A program made the position numbers and the translations under genes. 64,000 nt of DNA from Octopus sinensis (lineage: Eukaryota), in the NCBI RefSeq assembly GCF_006345805.1, contig NC_043006.1, forward strand, positions 40,672,001 to 40,736,000. Direction: 5' to 3'. Each line of letters begins with the position of its first letter. Position 1 is the first letter of the stretch. Of the stretch, positions 12,646-24,830 are shown in pieces. The notes under the pieces are model-generated. The model ran no database searches, was not told the DNA's origin, and saw only the letters and a list, made by a program, of their open reading frames with translations.

Positions 12646-13120
12646 ATCTTGTTTGTTGTTAGCACAACGTTTCGGCTGATATACCCTCCAGCCTTCATCG
12701 GGTGTCTTGAGGAAATTTCAAGCCTGGGTTCTCATTCTTAAGGTATTTTTCAATGTTGTTGTTGTTGTTGTTATTATTATTATTATTATTCAGGTCACTG
12801 CCTGGAATCAAACTCGGAATCTGGGTTAGTCGCCTGCACTCTTAACCACTACGCCATATGCGCAGGCATATGGCGTAGTGGTTAAGAGTGCGGGTGACTA
12901 ACCCCAAGATTCCGAGTTTGATTCCAGGCAGTGACCTGAATAATAATAATAATAATGATAATAATAGTAATAATAATAATATCCAAAATTTCCCCAAGAC
13001 ACCTGATGAAGGCTGGAGGGTATATCAGCCGAAATGTGTTAACAACAAACAAGATGAGGACAAATATCCGTCAATTGTAAATAATGTACATAATTCCTCA
13101 TCTCTTAAATATAGAACTGT
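12646..13120. mobile_element. Foldback element of two head-to-head tRNA-headed, hammerhead-bearing units (family A)
   Basis: Inverted arms around 12862-12865. Each arm has a tRNA-like head (A box TGGCGTAGTGG, B box GTTTGATTC), then (AAT)n, then a hammerhead-bearing tail; the right arm ends in atagaactgt. Confidence 0.75.
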
Positions 13121-13122
13121 AT

Positions 13123-13161
<39 letters not shown>

Positions 13162-13362
13162 GGGGGGATAGAGTCTGTGTTTGTCTCCCCACCATCGCTT
13201 AACAACGAATGTTGGTGTGTTTACGTCCCCATAACTTAGCAGTTAAGCAAAAGAGACAGAGAGAATAAGCACAAGACTTACAAAGAATAAGTCCTGGGGT
13301 TGATTTGTTCGACTACAAGGCATGACCGCCGTCAAATAAAAGAATATATATGTGTTTATGAG

Positions 13363-14785
13363 GGCCAGGTCATCAGCATAGAGGAGCCCCCAAGATGGGT
13401 TGCCCCTGGGAGCTCCTCTATGCTGATGACCTGGCCCTCATAGCAGAATCACTACCGGAACTAGAAAAGAAATTTCAGGTGTGGAAGCTAGGTTTAGAAT
13501 CAAAAGGCATTACAGTCAATGTAGCAAAGACCAAAGTTCTAGTAAGTAGGAAGGCAAACACACCACACACCCCTTCAAGCAGGTGGCCCTACTCGATTTG
13601 TAGAAAAGGTGTGGGTAGAAACTCCATAAGATGTACCCAGTGTAAGCTATAGACACATAAGAGGTGCAGCACCATCAAAGGAAAATTAACCGAGAAGATA
13701 GCTTTTATGTGCGGCAGATGCACAGGTGCAATAGACACCATTGATACTCAGAAAACAGATTCCATTATACTCCTGGGGGAGAAACTAGAAGTAGTTGATA
13801 GTTTCTGCTACCTAGGTGACCAAGTTAGTAGTGGGGGTGGATGCTCAGAGAGTGTTACCACTAGAATAAGAATAGCCTAGGCAAAGTTTAGAAAGCTCCT
13901 ACCCCTACTGGTGACAAAGGGTCTCTCGCTCAGAGTGAAAGGTAGATTGTACGACGCATGTGTGCGAACTGCTATGCTGCCCGGTAGTGAAACATGGGCT
14001 GTGACTGCAGAGGACATGCGTAGGCTTGAAAGAAATGAAGCTAGCATGATCCGCTGGATGTGTAATGTCAGTGTGCATACACGACTGAGTGTAAGTGCCC
14101 TGAGAGAAATGCTGGACATAAGAAGCATTGGATGTGGCGTGCAAGAGAGACGTCTGCGCTGGCATGGTCATGTACTATGGATGGATGAGGAGAGATGTGT
14201 GAAGAAGTGCCACTCCCAAACAGTTGAAGGAATCCGGGGTAGAGGTAGACCCAGGAAGACATGGGATGAGGTGGTCAAGAATGACCTTCGAATGTTGGCT
14301 CTCACAGAAGCAATGACGAAAGACCGAGACCTCTGGAGATATGCTGTGATTGCGAAGACCCGACAAATAACATGAGTTCATGGCTGTTTCCTGCGCCAGC
14401 TTCACATAGAAGCCCCAGCCCATCCAAAGTACTTTGGATTGCAGGACGTCCTGCTGTGCTTGAAGAGACTTATTGAGTCAAGTACATCAACATAAAAAAA
14501 TCAAAAAATCAAATGGAAATTGTAGTTGTGATACCCGTGCCAGTGGCACGTAAAAAGCACCAACCGATTGTGGCCGTTGCCAGCCTCCCCTGGCACCTGT
14601 GCCGGTGGCACATAAAAAGCACCCACTAAACTCACTGAGTGGTTGGCGCTAGGAAGGGCATCCAGCTGTAGAAACACTGCCACATCAGACTGGAGCCTGG
14701 TGCAGCCTCCTGGCTTCCCAGATCCCGGTCAAACCGTCCAACCCATGCTAGCATGGAAAACGGACGTTAAACGATGATGATGATT
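13363..14785 (+). mobile_element. 5'-truncated RTE LINE
   Basis: LLYADDLALIAES..., PCSICRKGVG zinc-finger-like segment, KGRLYDACVRTAMLPGSETW...GRGRPRKTW; 3' UTR and (GAT)n tail. Confidence 0.85.
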
Positions 14786-14951
14786 AAGTATATTTGTGTA
14801 TATATAACATATACATGCACACAAAAACACACGCATAGATAAACAGCAAATATTTCGACATCAGTGATTCAGCTGAAAAAAAAAGTACGAAAATTGCCAA
14901 ACAAATACTTTATGTTTTGATATACCTTCGAAGGATGATAGCCGATTATTT

Positions 14952-15559
14952 GGTAATTTTTCAGAGTAACACACGCATGATTTTCACGAAAGAAAAAAAA
15001 TCGGATTTTTTGTGTGGAATCAAGTACCCTGACCTCCTAATATGCTGCAAATCCATTATTTTGGTTGGGGAAAGGGGTATCCCCGTTCCCGGATTCATTG
15101 GAATTTTTTTTCCGTTGAATGAATTCCTGTGACATTCTAATATGCTACAAAACCCTTTTGGGGGGGGTCCGAAAAACGGAGTGGGGGTGAGGTACAAGCC
15201 TCGGGTTAGGATTAGGGTTTTAAGGTTAGGGATAGGGAATTCCGTCCCGGTTTCATTGAATTTTTTTTTTTTTTTCCTTAGTGAAAATCAGGCTGGTGAA
15301 AAGATTAATGAGGGTGGGGGTGGATGAAATTTCCGAGGCTTCAACCTGACCCCACTCCCTTTTTCGCCCCCCCCCCCAAGAGTTTTGTAGCATATTAGGA
15401 TGTCACAGGAATTCTCCCCCTCCCCTCCTTTTCCCAACCAAAATAAAGAAGGGATTTGTAACATATTAGGAGGTCGGGGTACTTGATTCCATGCAAAATA
15501 TCCGAGTTGTTTTTTTTTTCTTCGTGAAAATCGTGCGGGTATTACTCTGAAAAATTACC
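14952..15559. mobile_element. Long foldback element with a central TTAGGG-like tract
   Basis: ~240-bp imperfect inverted arms around gttaggattagggttttaaggttagggataggg (15204-15237). Confidence 0.65.
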
Positions 15560-16714
15560 GATTATTTTTTCTCATATTGTAAGATTGCATATTACAAACC
15601 CATATTTTGGGTGTCTGTTTAAGTAATTTGGCGCCAAAGGCATTCACTGTCTCAATACAAATTGTTTGTTTACTTCTTTCTATCAACAAAGCATTTTATC
15701 GGTAAACAGTTCTGTCTCTCTAGTTCTGGTCAGTCAAATCTGGATAGTATGTTAAGGGCACCATCATAAGACATGGCGTGCCTTACAAATAAACACACAC
15801 ATACACAACAGAGGATGGGTATGCAGTTAAGGTGTTCAATTCTTGACTACGTGGGTCTGGACTAAGCCCCAGCGAGAGAACTGTAAACAGATGAAATGCT
15901 TTGTAAACAGAAAAAAAAAAAGGAACGAACAATTTGTATGTACACAGTGTACACTTCTGGCGCCGAATTACTTGAACACCAACGAAAATAGGCGTGTCAT
16001 AGCAATCTTACAACGAGGGAAAATAATCGGCTATCCTGCCTTTTGAGTTTGGCAGACAGAAAATGTACAAAGCCTGTATGTACGTGTGTTTGAGTGTATG
16101 TATTTGTGTGTATATATGAGTGTGTGTGTGTGCAGACTTGTGTCTGAAAAGCATTTTATCTGTCAATAGTCACCCTTCTTTGTTTCTCTGTCTCTCTCAC
16201 CAGGTACCCATGTATCTCCACTACAGCAAGACACCTGTTTCTGCCTCTCTGCCACACTCTAACCTTTCATCATCTGGCAGAAGACCACCTCCTACAATTC
16301 CACAACCCCTGTCAAAGGATCTCTGTTTTGCAAGTTACTTGATGACCCTGTCAGTGTTGGTACCATGTAAGAAGCATCCAGTTCACACTGTAAAGTGGTT
16401 GGCATTTGGAAGGGCATCCAGCTGTAAAAAAAAAAAAAAAACATGCCAAAACTGACTATGCCTGTGCTGGCGCCACATAAAAAGCATTCAGTCCACTCTG
16501 TGGAGTGGTCGGTGTTAGGAAGGGCATCCAGCCATAAAAACCGTGCCAAAACAGACAGCAAAACATAGTGCAATCTTCTGCCCAGCCAGCACCTGTCAAA
16601 CTGTCCAACCCATGCCAGCATGGAACGTGGACGTTAAATAATGATTATGATGATAAAATCTTACGATGAGGGAAAATAATCTGAAAGTGAGAAGAAAACG
16701 TATGTAAATAATCC

Positions 16715-16878
16715 AGGCGTAGGAGTGGCTGTGTAGTAAGTAGCTTGCTAACCAACCACATGGTTCTGGGTTCAGTCCCACTGCGTGGCACCTTGGGTAA
16801 GTGTCTTCTACTATAGCCTTGGGCCGACCAAAGCCTTGTGAGAGGATTTGGTAGACGGAAACTGAAAGAAGCACGTCG

Positions 16879-16942
<64 letters not shown>

Positions 16943-17160
16943 ATATATATATATGTCTGTGTTTGTCCCCCCCCCAACATCACTTGACAACTGATGCTTG
17001 TGTGTTTACGTCCCTGTAACTTAACGGTTCAGCAAAAGAGACCAATAGAATAAGTACTTGGCTTACAAAGAATAAGTCCTGGGGTTGATTTCCTTGACTA
17101 AAGGCGGTGCTCCAGCATGGCCGCAGTCAAATGACTGAAACAAGTAAAAGAGTAAAGAGT
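16715..17160 (+). mobile_element. Dominant SINE copy
   Basis: Full-length match. Confidence 0.85.
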
Positions 17161-17511
17161 ATTTGTATAGATCAGGGATTCTCACCCTAGAGTCCACATA
17201 AGATTTTTGGTGGTTCACACAGCCAAATAATAAATTGAGGATCTACGATAATATTTTAAGGGCCCCTGAAAAAACATTTGAAAAAACAAAATTCACAAGA
17301 TCCGATTTTTTCGTCATAACTTCTATATATATATATTGATTTTTTCTTCTACAGAATCCCACGTTTTTGGTTATGGAGATTCCGATTCTGAAAAAATTTT
17401 TTTATAAATCGCATTTTCAAAATTTAGTTATGTTATCGAAGTTTTTTTTTATAGATTTGGCTGTTATTTCTAGCATGTGGATAGCCTGCTGAAGGCCTGA
17501 GGGTATATACT

Positions 17512-17913
17512 CTTTTACTTGTTTCAGTCATTTGACTGCGGCCATGCTGGAGCACCGCCTTTTAATCGAGCAACTTGACCCCGGGACTTATTCTTTTGTA
17601 AGCCCAGTACTTATTCTATCGGTCTCTTTTGCCGAACCGCTAAGTGACGGGGGACGTAAACACACCAGCATCGGTTGTCAAGCAATGCTAGAGGGACAAA
17701 CAGACACACAAACATATACACACACATACATACATATATATACATATATACGACAGGCTTCTTTCAGTTTCCGTCTACCAAATCCACTCACAAGGCATTG
17801 GTTGGCCCGGGGCTATAGCAGAAGACACATGCCCAAGATGCCGCGCAGTGGGACTGAACCCGGAACCATGTGGCTGGTTAGCAAGCTACTTACCACACAG
17901 CCACTCCTGCGCC
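17512..17913 (-). mobile_element. Dominant SINE copy
   Basis: Full-length reverse match. Confidence 0.85.
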
Positions 17914-19435
17914 TATATATTCTTGTTTTTTTTTTCTTGTTGAAAAATTGAAATCTTACAAACAAATTTTTTCCAGAATCGTAATCTTCGTATTTTTCTA
18001 CGTATTTCGCAAAAAAAAAAAAAAAAAAAAAAAAAACGCCCCCAAAAAATGGAAAAAGTGAAAAATGACGGAAAAATCGTATCTTGCGAATTTTCCGAAT
18101 TCCCCTCCCCCATCCGCCAGGGTCGTCAGTGAACATTTGCTTTTACATATTTGTTTTCTACACACTTATTAACACACCCCACCACCAGGATGGTTATTTT
18201 TTTTTTGTTTTGTTCCCGTGTGAGGATCTTTATACTGACCGAACTTCCTAGGTGTAATCTCATGGTCATTCATGACCAAACGGGATCTTTACCCTTTTCC
18301 CCTGCTAGATATTAGCAACCACACTGGTCCTCGACGAAAACCTGCACTACCGCACCTCCTCATAGATTCTTTCCCTTGTCTACTGGCATGGAGCTGACCC
18401 CACCCCCACAGGATTTGAAGTACTGCCTGGTACATGGATGTTAGACGTAGATGTATGATGATGATGATTTATATATTTTTAGTGAAAAGACCACACAAAA
18501 ATAATTACTGCAGACTTAATGATGATGATAATGATGATAAAAGCGATGGTGTTAACTCCTTAGTTGATGACAATCAAGGCAATGATTAGCCAAATTTTCG
18601 ACATATAGACTGCGATAAAATAATGAAAGATAAATGTAATCAATCTATCTACACTCACGATCGCGCGCATGCATATATATATATAAACATACAAAACAAT
18701 TCTAAATTGCGGCAACGAAACATCGTCAATTTTATTAAAAAATATTAATTTTCTGAAAGTTAAAAGGCAACAAACTCGAGGGTGTACACTTGTGTAGGAA
18801 TGCACAACGCAAGGCATTCGATACAGAGTATGTACGTATGTGCCAAAAAAAGAAAAGAGTTTGTGTGAGATTTGGCTGTTATTTCTAGCATGTAGATAGC
18901 CTGTTTAAAGGCCGTAGAATCGGGGATGGGAGGGGGTTGGGTAATTTTTTTTTGGGGGGGGGGGTAGCGGGAGGAGATTGAAAATGTACAAACAGTTTGT
19001 TTTCAGAATCGTAATCTCTGTATTTCTCTACGTATTTCACACCCAAGTTTCTGAGAAAAAGTAAAAAATCAAAAAAAATCAAGAAATGGCAGAAATTTTG
19101 AAGTCGCGATTTTTGCCTTTTATTTATTTTTTTTTTTTTAGAATCGGAATCTCCATAGCCGAAAACGTGAGTTTCCGTAAAAAAAAAAAAATGAAGTGGG
19201 AAGTGGGCGGGTCACGTCTCCGTCATGTGCGCCGCCCGGGGTTGTAGTTGAAGAGACTTGCTCGATGTGCCATACATTGGGAATGAACTCGAAAATCATT
19301 TAGCTGGAAACCAAACTTCTTACCACACGACTTACGCCCTCGCCTACGCATTTCATAATATACTATTATTCTCGTTTAAACTAATTACACAAAGGGCCCT
19401 TTCAAATGAACGTACACACACTTACTCTCTTTTTA

Positions 19436-19640
19436 CTCTTTTACTTGTTTCAGTCATTTGACTGCGGCCATGCTGGAGCACCGCCTTTAATCGAGCAACT
19501 CGACCCCGGGACTTATTCTTTTGTAAGCCCAGTACTCATTCTATCGGTCTCTTTTGCCGAACCGCTAAGTAACGGGGACATAAACACACCAGCATCGGTT
19601 GTCAAGCAATGCTAGGGGGACAAACACAGACACACACACG

Positions 19641-19675
<35 letters not shown>

Positions 19676-19855
19676 TATATATACATATATACGACGGGCT
19701 TCTTTCAGTTTCCGTCTACCAAATCCACTCACAAGGCTTTGGTCGTCCCGAGGCTATAGTAGAAGACCCTTGCCCAAGGTGTCACGCAGTGGGACTGAAC
19801 CCGGAACCATGTGGTTGGTAAACAAGAAACTTACCACACAGCCACTCCTGCGCCT
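19436..19855 (-). mobile_element. Dominant SINE copy
   Basis: Full-length reverse match. Confidence 0.85.
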
Positions 19856-21205
19856 TTATAAACATTTCTGTTTATAAAAAAATTAATTTTGTTAATTGTT
19901 ACCAGCTGATAATAGTGCTTTCATTTTCTCTATGAAAGTATCTTCAGTGTTTGCATTAACTCCCCCTGGTTTGAAGGCGGGACCTCAATGTTACGTCTAT
20001 ACCGCAAAGGAATGTAACTATTACCACAAGGTATTTAAACCAGCACTCGACCCGGATATGTACGGTGTGAGGTGTAATACCATACACTTTCTTTTTGTGT
20101 GCGTGTGTGTGGTGGTGGTGGTGGGGAGGAGAAATGGTTAATGTAATAAAGTGTAAACAGCTGGCACTTTTTCTTTGATTCCGGAAGAATGAAAGACAAA
20201 ATTAAACCGGACAAATTTTAAACTCATTGCAAACGGGTGTTATTACTGCATAAATCGCATAACTAAATCTTGGTGCAATTTTTTCTTCCTTCATAGTTTT
20301 AGCTTTGCTCCGCGTGTAAGTCGCACCCCAGTATTTTCAGATAAAATCAGGCACAAATCGGTGTAACGTATACACGAGTAAATACGGCAACTGTTCAGAA
20401 TTTAGTGCAACAAGAGCTGTGATTGTTGTTCGATATCCACTAATTCCGGGAAATACGAGACCGACAACCAGTTTAGATTTTCGTTTGCATTTTCAGTTTA
20501 GATAACCGTGTCTCTTTTATTCAAATGATTAATTCTTTTTGACGAAGTCGTAACTAACCTAATTTCTTTTCTATCATACAAACGTGATATGATGTGATTC
20601 GACGCCTATTCAAGGAAACGAATAACCACTGAACTATGAATGTCGGAATAAATACTAATATAATTGATTCTATATTCATATTGCATAACCTTCCACGTGG
20701 AAATACAATAAGCACTTTCTCCTTCGAATTTTTAATCCACCACTTTTTCGATCTCTAATATACATTTGTTTAATTGTCTATATGTGTGTGTGTGTGGATA
20801 GATAGATAGATAGATAGATAGTTAGATAATTAAAGTTAGATAGAATGATAGATAGATACTAATCAATATTAAGAATGGTCTCAGTTCTCAACCACAGAAA
20901 CTTGAATTAAAAGCATATGAAAAAATCGTCGTGTAGTATGAATTAAGTCAGAGGGCCAAGTGATGGATTATCAGGGATCTTTTGCAACAACTAAAGCATT
21001 AAGAAGTATTTGCTTTATTCAAATAAAGACCGCAACTCCGGTTTAGATTCTCAGCTGGACCTATTATATTTTCGTCCGCACGTAAAACAGAGCCGCCTTA
21101 CCCACTTCTCTGTTCCCTAGGAACCTATCTATGTACAAAAAAAAAAAAAAAGAATATCTTTTAAAAGATGATCGATTTCGAACGATAAAATCTTTCTTCA
21201 CTTAC

Positions 21206-21379
21206 TTTATTTGTTTTCAAATTCACACACAATATCTGACCGGCTGGTTTATTGTTTTTTTCGACTTCAGGAGCAACAACGTAAAAACAACCTGATTTAT
21301 CAAAGACAGGGCCTTCTGAGCCGAGAACATCTGATGCTACTTTGGTAAATAAAGGTTCATCGACTGGTATAGTTTCCAT
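21206..21379 (-). CDS. Diisopropyl-fluorophosphatase (squid DFPase-like, six-bladed beta-propeller) coding exon 1
   Basis: METIPVDEPLFTKVASDVLGSEGPVFDKSGCFYVVAPEVEKNNKPAGQILCVNLKTNK followed by a GTAAGT donor (phase 0). It closely matches the recalled Loligo DFPase N-terminus MEIPVIEPLFTKVTEDIPGAEGPVFDKNGDFYIVAPEVEVNGKPAGEILRIDLKTGK. Confidence 0.9.
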
Positions 21380-22302
21380 GGTCTCTCGCACTTGACGACG
21401 TCCGTAACATAGGACTTCAACGTTGCAATATGTTGATACAAATGTCTCTTACTCTATCTTCCTCACTTTGTCACCACCCTTCCTCACTCTCTGGTCTTAC
21501 TCTCATTTCCATATTCTCTCTCTCTCTTCTCTCTCTCTCTCTCTCCCTCTAATTTCTCATTAATTCACATCGCTCCTTACGCAGCTTTTACATTTTTTCC
21601 GTTCACACACCCTTTTGGTTTTATTTTGTTCATTTCATTCTTCTTTCATTCTTTTTAATTTTTCCTATTTTTTCTGTCATTTCACTACCCCCTCTCTTTC
21701 TCACTCACTCATTACTCCTCTTTCATTATTATTTAAATATTTCTCATCATTCACCGGCGTCATCTCTTCTTACACATGTCTAGTCTACAAGAAACAGCAA
21801 ACTACGAGGAAACTAATGATGGTTTCGTAACAGTCAATAATACGAGCAAAAATTATAAGATAACAGGTAGCATACTTGCTTGATGCCGTAAAGAACACAA
21901 AAAAAAGTGTTTCGGAATAATTATTAGTACTTCATGGGGAAAGAAAAGTGACAGAATTGGAGTATAAAATATGGAGAAAAAAAGAAAAAAATTTAATTCT
22001 GGGGAGAAAAGAGAAAATCTTCGAGAATCTAATATCCATGTACGAAACAGAATACTTAAAGAAAAAAAAAAAGCACAACTCCTTTTTCTGTTTGTTTATT
22101 ATCGGGTGTTACTGAAACTCCGCAAAAACAATAATAATAACAATGAATAAATAAAAAATATCGGCATATCTTTATATATATATATATATATAAATTCAGG
22201 GTGAATACTTGATAAGTATAAGCACCTGTATATGCCAGTTAGTAGCAGAGGTGAGAGGATATATGTATCAAATGAAATAAAAAACAGAACACAAAGGATG
22301 TC

Positions 22303-22394
22303 GCGGTACACACGTTTCGAGCTTTATAAAACAACTTATTCTTACATCAATGTAAAATCGACATAACAGATAGTTTAAAGCCCTCTTCAGCCGC
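22303..22394 (-). ncRNA. Type I hammerhead ribozyme motif (family C), intact core
   Basis: gcgg-CTGAAGA-gggcttta...taaagctc-GAA-ACgtgtGT-A-ccgc: 4-bp stem I, 8-bp stem II, GUA site. Confidence 0.75.
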
Positions 22395-22423
22395 ATGCAA
22401 TGGCAACACCAAAGACTTGTATC

Positions 22424-22464
<41 letters not shown>

Positions 22465-22557
22465 TTTCCTTCCGGTCTTTCAAAATGTGACCTCGTGTGT
22501 ACCGTTGGAGATTTTTTCCCCTCTGTCTTCCCTTCTCTGGATCTTTCTTTCTCCTAT

Positions 22558-22592
22558 GTTTCCGACGAAGAGCTCTGCTCGAAACGTTAAAC
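22558..22592 (+). ncRNA. Minimal hammerhead motif (family D), U4C-mutated
   Basis: gttt-CCGACGA-a-gagc-tct-gctc-GAA-ACGT-T-aaac. Confidence 0.55.
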
Positions 22593-23486
22593 CCTCCTTC
22601 TTTCCTGAGCGTCCAATAATACTATATTTGTTCCACGTCCTCGCGTTGCTGTGTTTTTTTTTGTGCTTTCTTGTTTGAATTAACTTTATATATATATATA
22701 TATATCTTGAGTAGTGAAAATGATCATTACCTGAACGATCCCAATAATAGTCAGAAAAGACCGAGACAACCCCACCAGAATAAAATTAAATAAAAATAAC
22801 ATGTGAAGGGGAGTCAATATGCTAGCACAACTGATAACCCCAGACACATTCACGTACAGGTTGCATTGATAACAAGCAAGAGGAGGTGCCCTTTTGGGGT
22901 TCAAAAATGGTAGTTAGGTCGGTTCGTACGGAACAGTCATGTTAAAGTGGCGACAAGCATTACTTTATAGTACAGTTATTACTTTCATCTCTTATAGAAA
23001 TGTTCTAATTACTTTGCTTTTTGCTTTATCGATCCTCACTATATTCTATATTTCATGAAATTTTCGGGGTTGTCTCACCTTGCTTTTTTTTAATTATTTG
23101 TTCTTTGCTATCACAACTAATCATTTAGTTGAAGGATTCCCAACCATTTTTCACTTATAGACCCTTTTCATTACCGATTTATTCTGGTGGACCCTCAAAA
23201 CCATTCGATGTTTAATGACTGATTTTACAGTTTTTTTCAAATTTTGCTTTTCATCCATTCATTTTATTTTATTTTTTTAGACTTGTTTCAGTCATTTGAC
23301 TGCAGTCATGCTGGAGCACCATCTTTTGTCAAACAAATTGACCCCAGGATTTATTCTTTGTAAGCCTTGTACTTATTCTATGGGTCTCTTTTTGCTGAAC
23401 CGCTAAGTTATGGGGATGCAAACACACCAACTTCGGTTGTCAAGCGATGGTGGAGGGACGAACACAGACCCACAAATACATAGATA

Positions 23487-24830
23487 TGTAGCGTAGACTC
23501 AGGTGAAATTCCACTCTCCTATATATTATATATATGTGCATTCGAACGTAGCAGGGAGCAGCTAGCCTTTGGCCGCTATTTGGATCACATTGTGTCCACT
23601 ACTCTGATTGGTTGGCATTGATGCAATTTGTCTCTTACTCTGTTGTGCCAACTTGCCCGGTATAACCAGTTGGAAGCCCTAAATAGGATCAGGTGGGACA
23701 GCCTGTTTACAACCCTGCTTAAGTCTACAGCTCCTTATAAAAACTCAGTTTTTCCTTGTTCCGAGGTCTTTGGTTCCAGACCTTTTAAGATCTAGCCACT
23801 GACTACAAAGATACATCCAATTCCAGTGACAACTCCACAGCAGTTATGTTAAGACTTGCCAACTTCATCAAACAGCATTACGGCAACCTCCGTCCTCGTC
23901 ACCACTATCATGTCCTTCTTAACATCATCAACATCATCCCTACGTACACAGCTCTGCAAGCAACTCACCCAGGTTCCAACAGTTCACTGTTTGTGAATTA
24001 CTTCACCATGGATCAACAGCGAATATACAACCTGTACAAACTCCTGTACAAGTGAACCAGGCAGAAGCATCACAGCCACAACTTCATGCTCAGCATCATG
24101 GCCGCAACTTCTTGATACAGTATTTCACCTACAGTGTGAAGGTGCATGGCTCAGTGGTTAGAGCGTCGAGCTTACGATCATGAGGTTGTGAGCTCGAATC
24201 CCAGACCAGGCAGCGTGTTGTGTTCTTGAGCAAGACACTTTATTTCACGTTGCTCCAGTTCACTCAGCTGTAGAAATGAATTGCGACATCACAAGTGCCA
24301 AGCTGTATTGGCCTTTGCCTTTCCCTTGGATAACACTGGTGGCGTGGAGGGGGGAGGCCGGTATGCAAGGGCGACTGCTAGTCTTCCAGAAATAACCTTG
24401 CCTGGACTTGTGCCTGGGAGGGTAACTTTCCAGGTGCAATCCCATGGTCTGTGTCGTGACTGAGGGGGGTTTCAACATTTCACCTACTGTGTACAATTGA
24501 CTATGAACTGGCATTATCTTCCTTGTGTCAATGAACTTACTCTTCACTTCAATGGCTAGAGACTCTTTCACTGTTCCTTCTTGTTGCCATCCTTATATGT
24601 TCTTAACACTCACACATACATACAATTTGTTCCCATGACGGCTTGTCTATTCTGTATACATGACGCACACACACAGACACACATGTTAATATATCAATAA
24701 ATGTTCTCTTAATCATTCTACGCAGTTGTGTCTCCTTTGCCCTCTGGCACTTATTTGTTCCATTCAATTTCTCTTTATTGTAATGGCCATGTGATGTAGT
24801 ACTAATGAGCCATTCTCTTCACCTCACATC
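23487..24830 (+). mobile_element. Possible solo LTR interrupted by a SINE
   Basis: Starts TGTA; higher-GC unique sequence with a TATA-like element and AATAAA near the end. No internal domain or confirmed TSD. Confidence 0.3.
24137..24490 (+). mobile_element. tRNA-derived SINE with a CORE-like central domain and target-site duplication
   Basis: Head ggtgcatggctcagtggttagagcg; centre ttgagcaagacactt; flanked by atttcacctac(a/t)gtgt direct repeats. A second copy lies at ~56993-57305. Confidence 0.75.

Noticed and set aside
12866-12940. tRNA-like sequences (also the SINE heads elsewhere)
   Set aside because: No complete cloverleaf or acceptor stem; these are retroposon heads rather than tRNA genes.
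17532-17951. Recurrent ORFs such as MTAAMLEHR..., [26 protein letters not shown]
   Set aside because: Reading frames of the dominant SINE, repeated in many copies.
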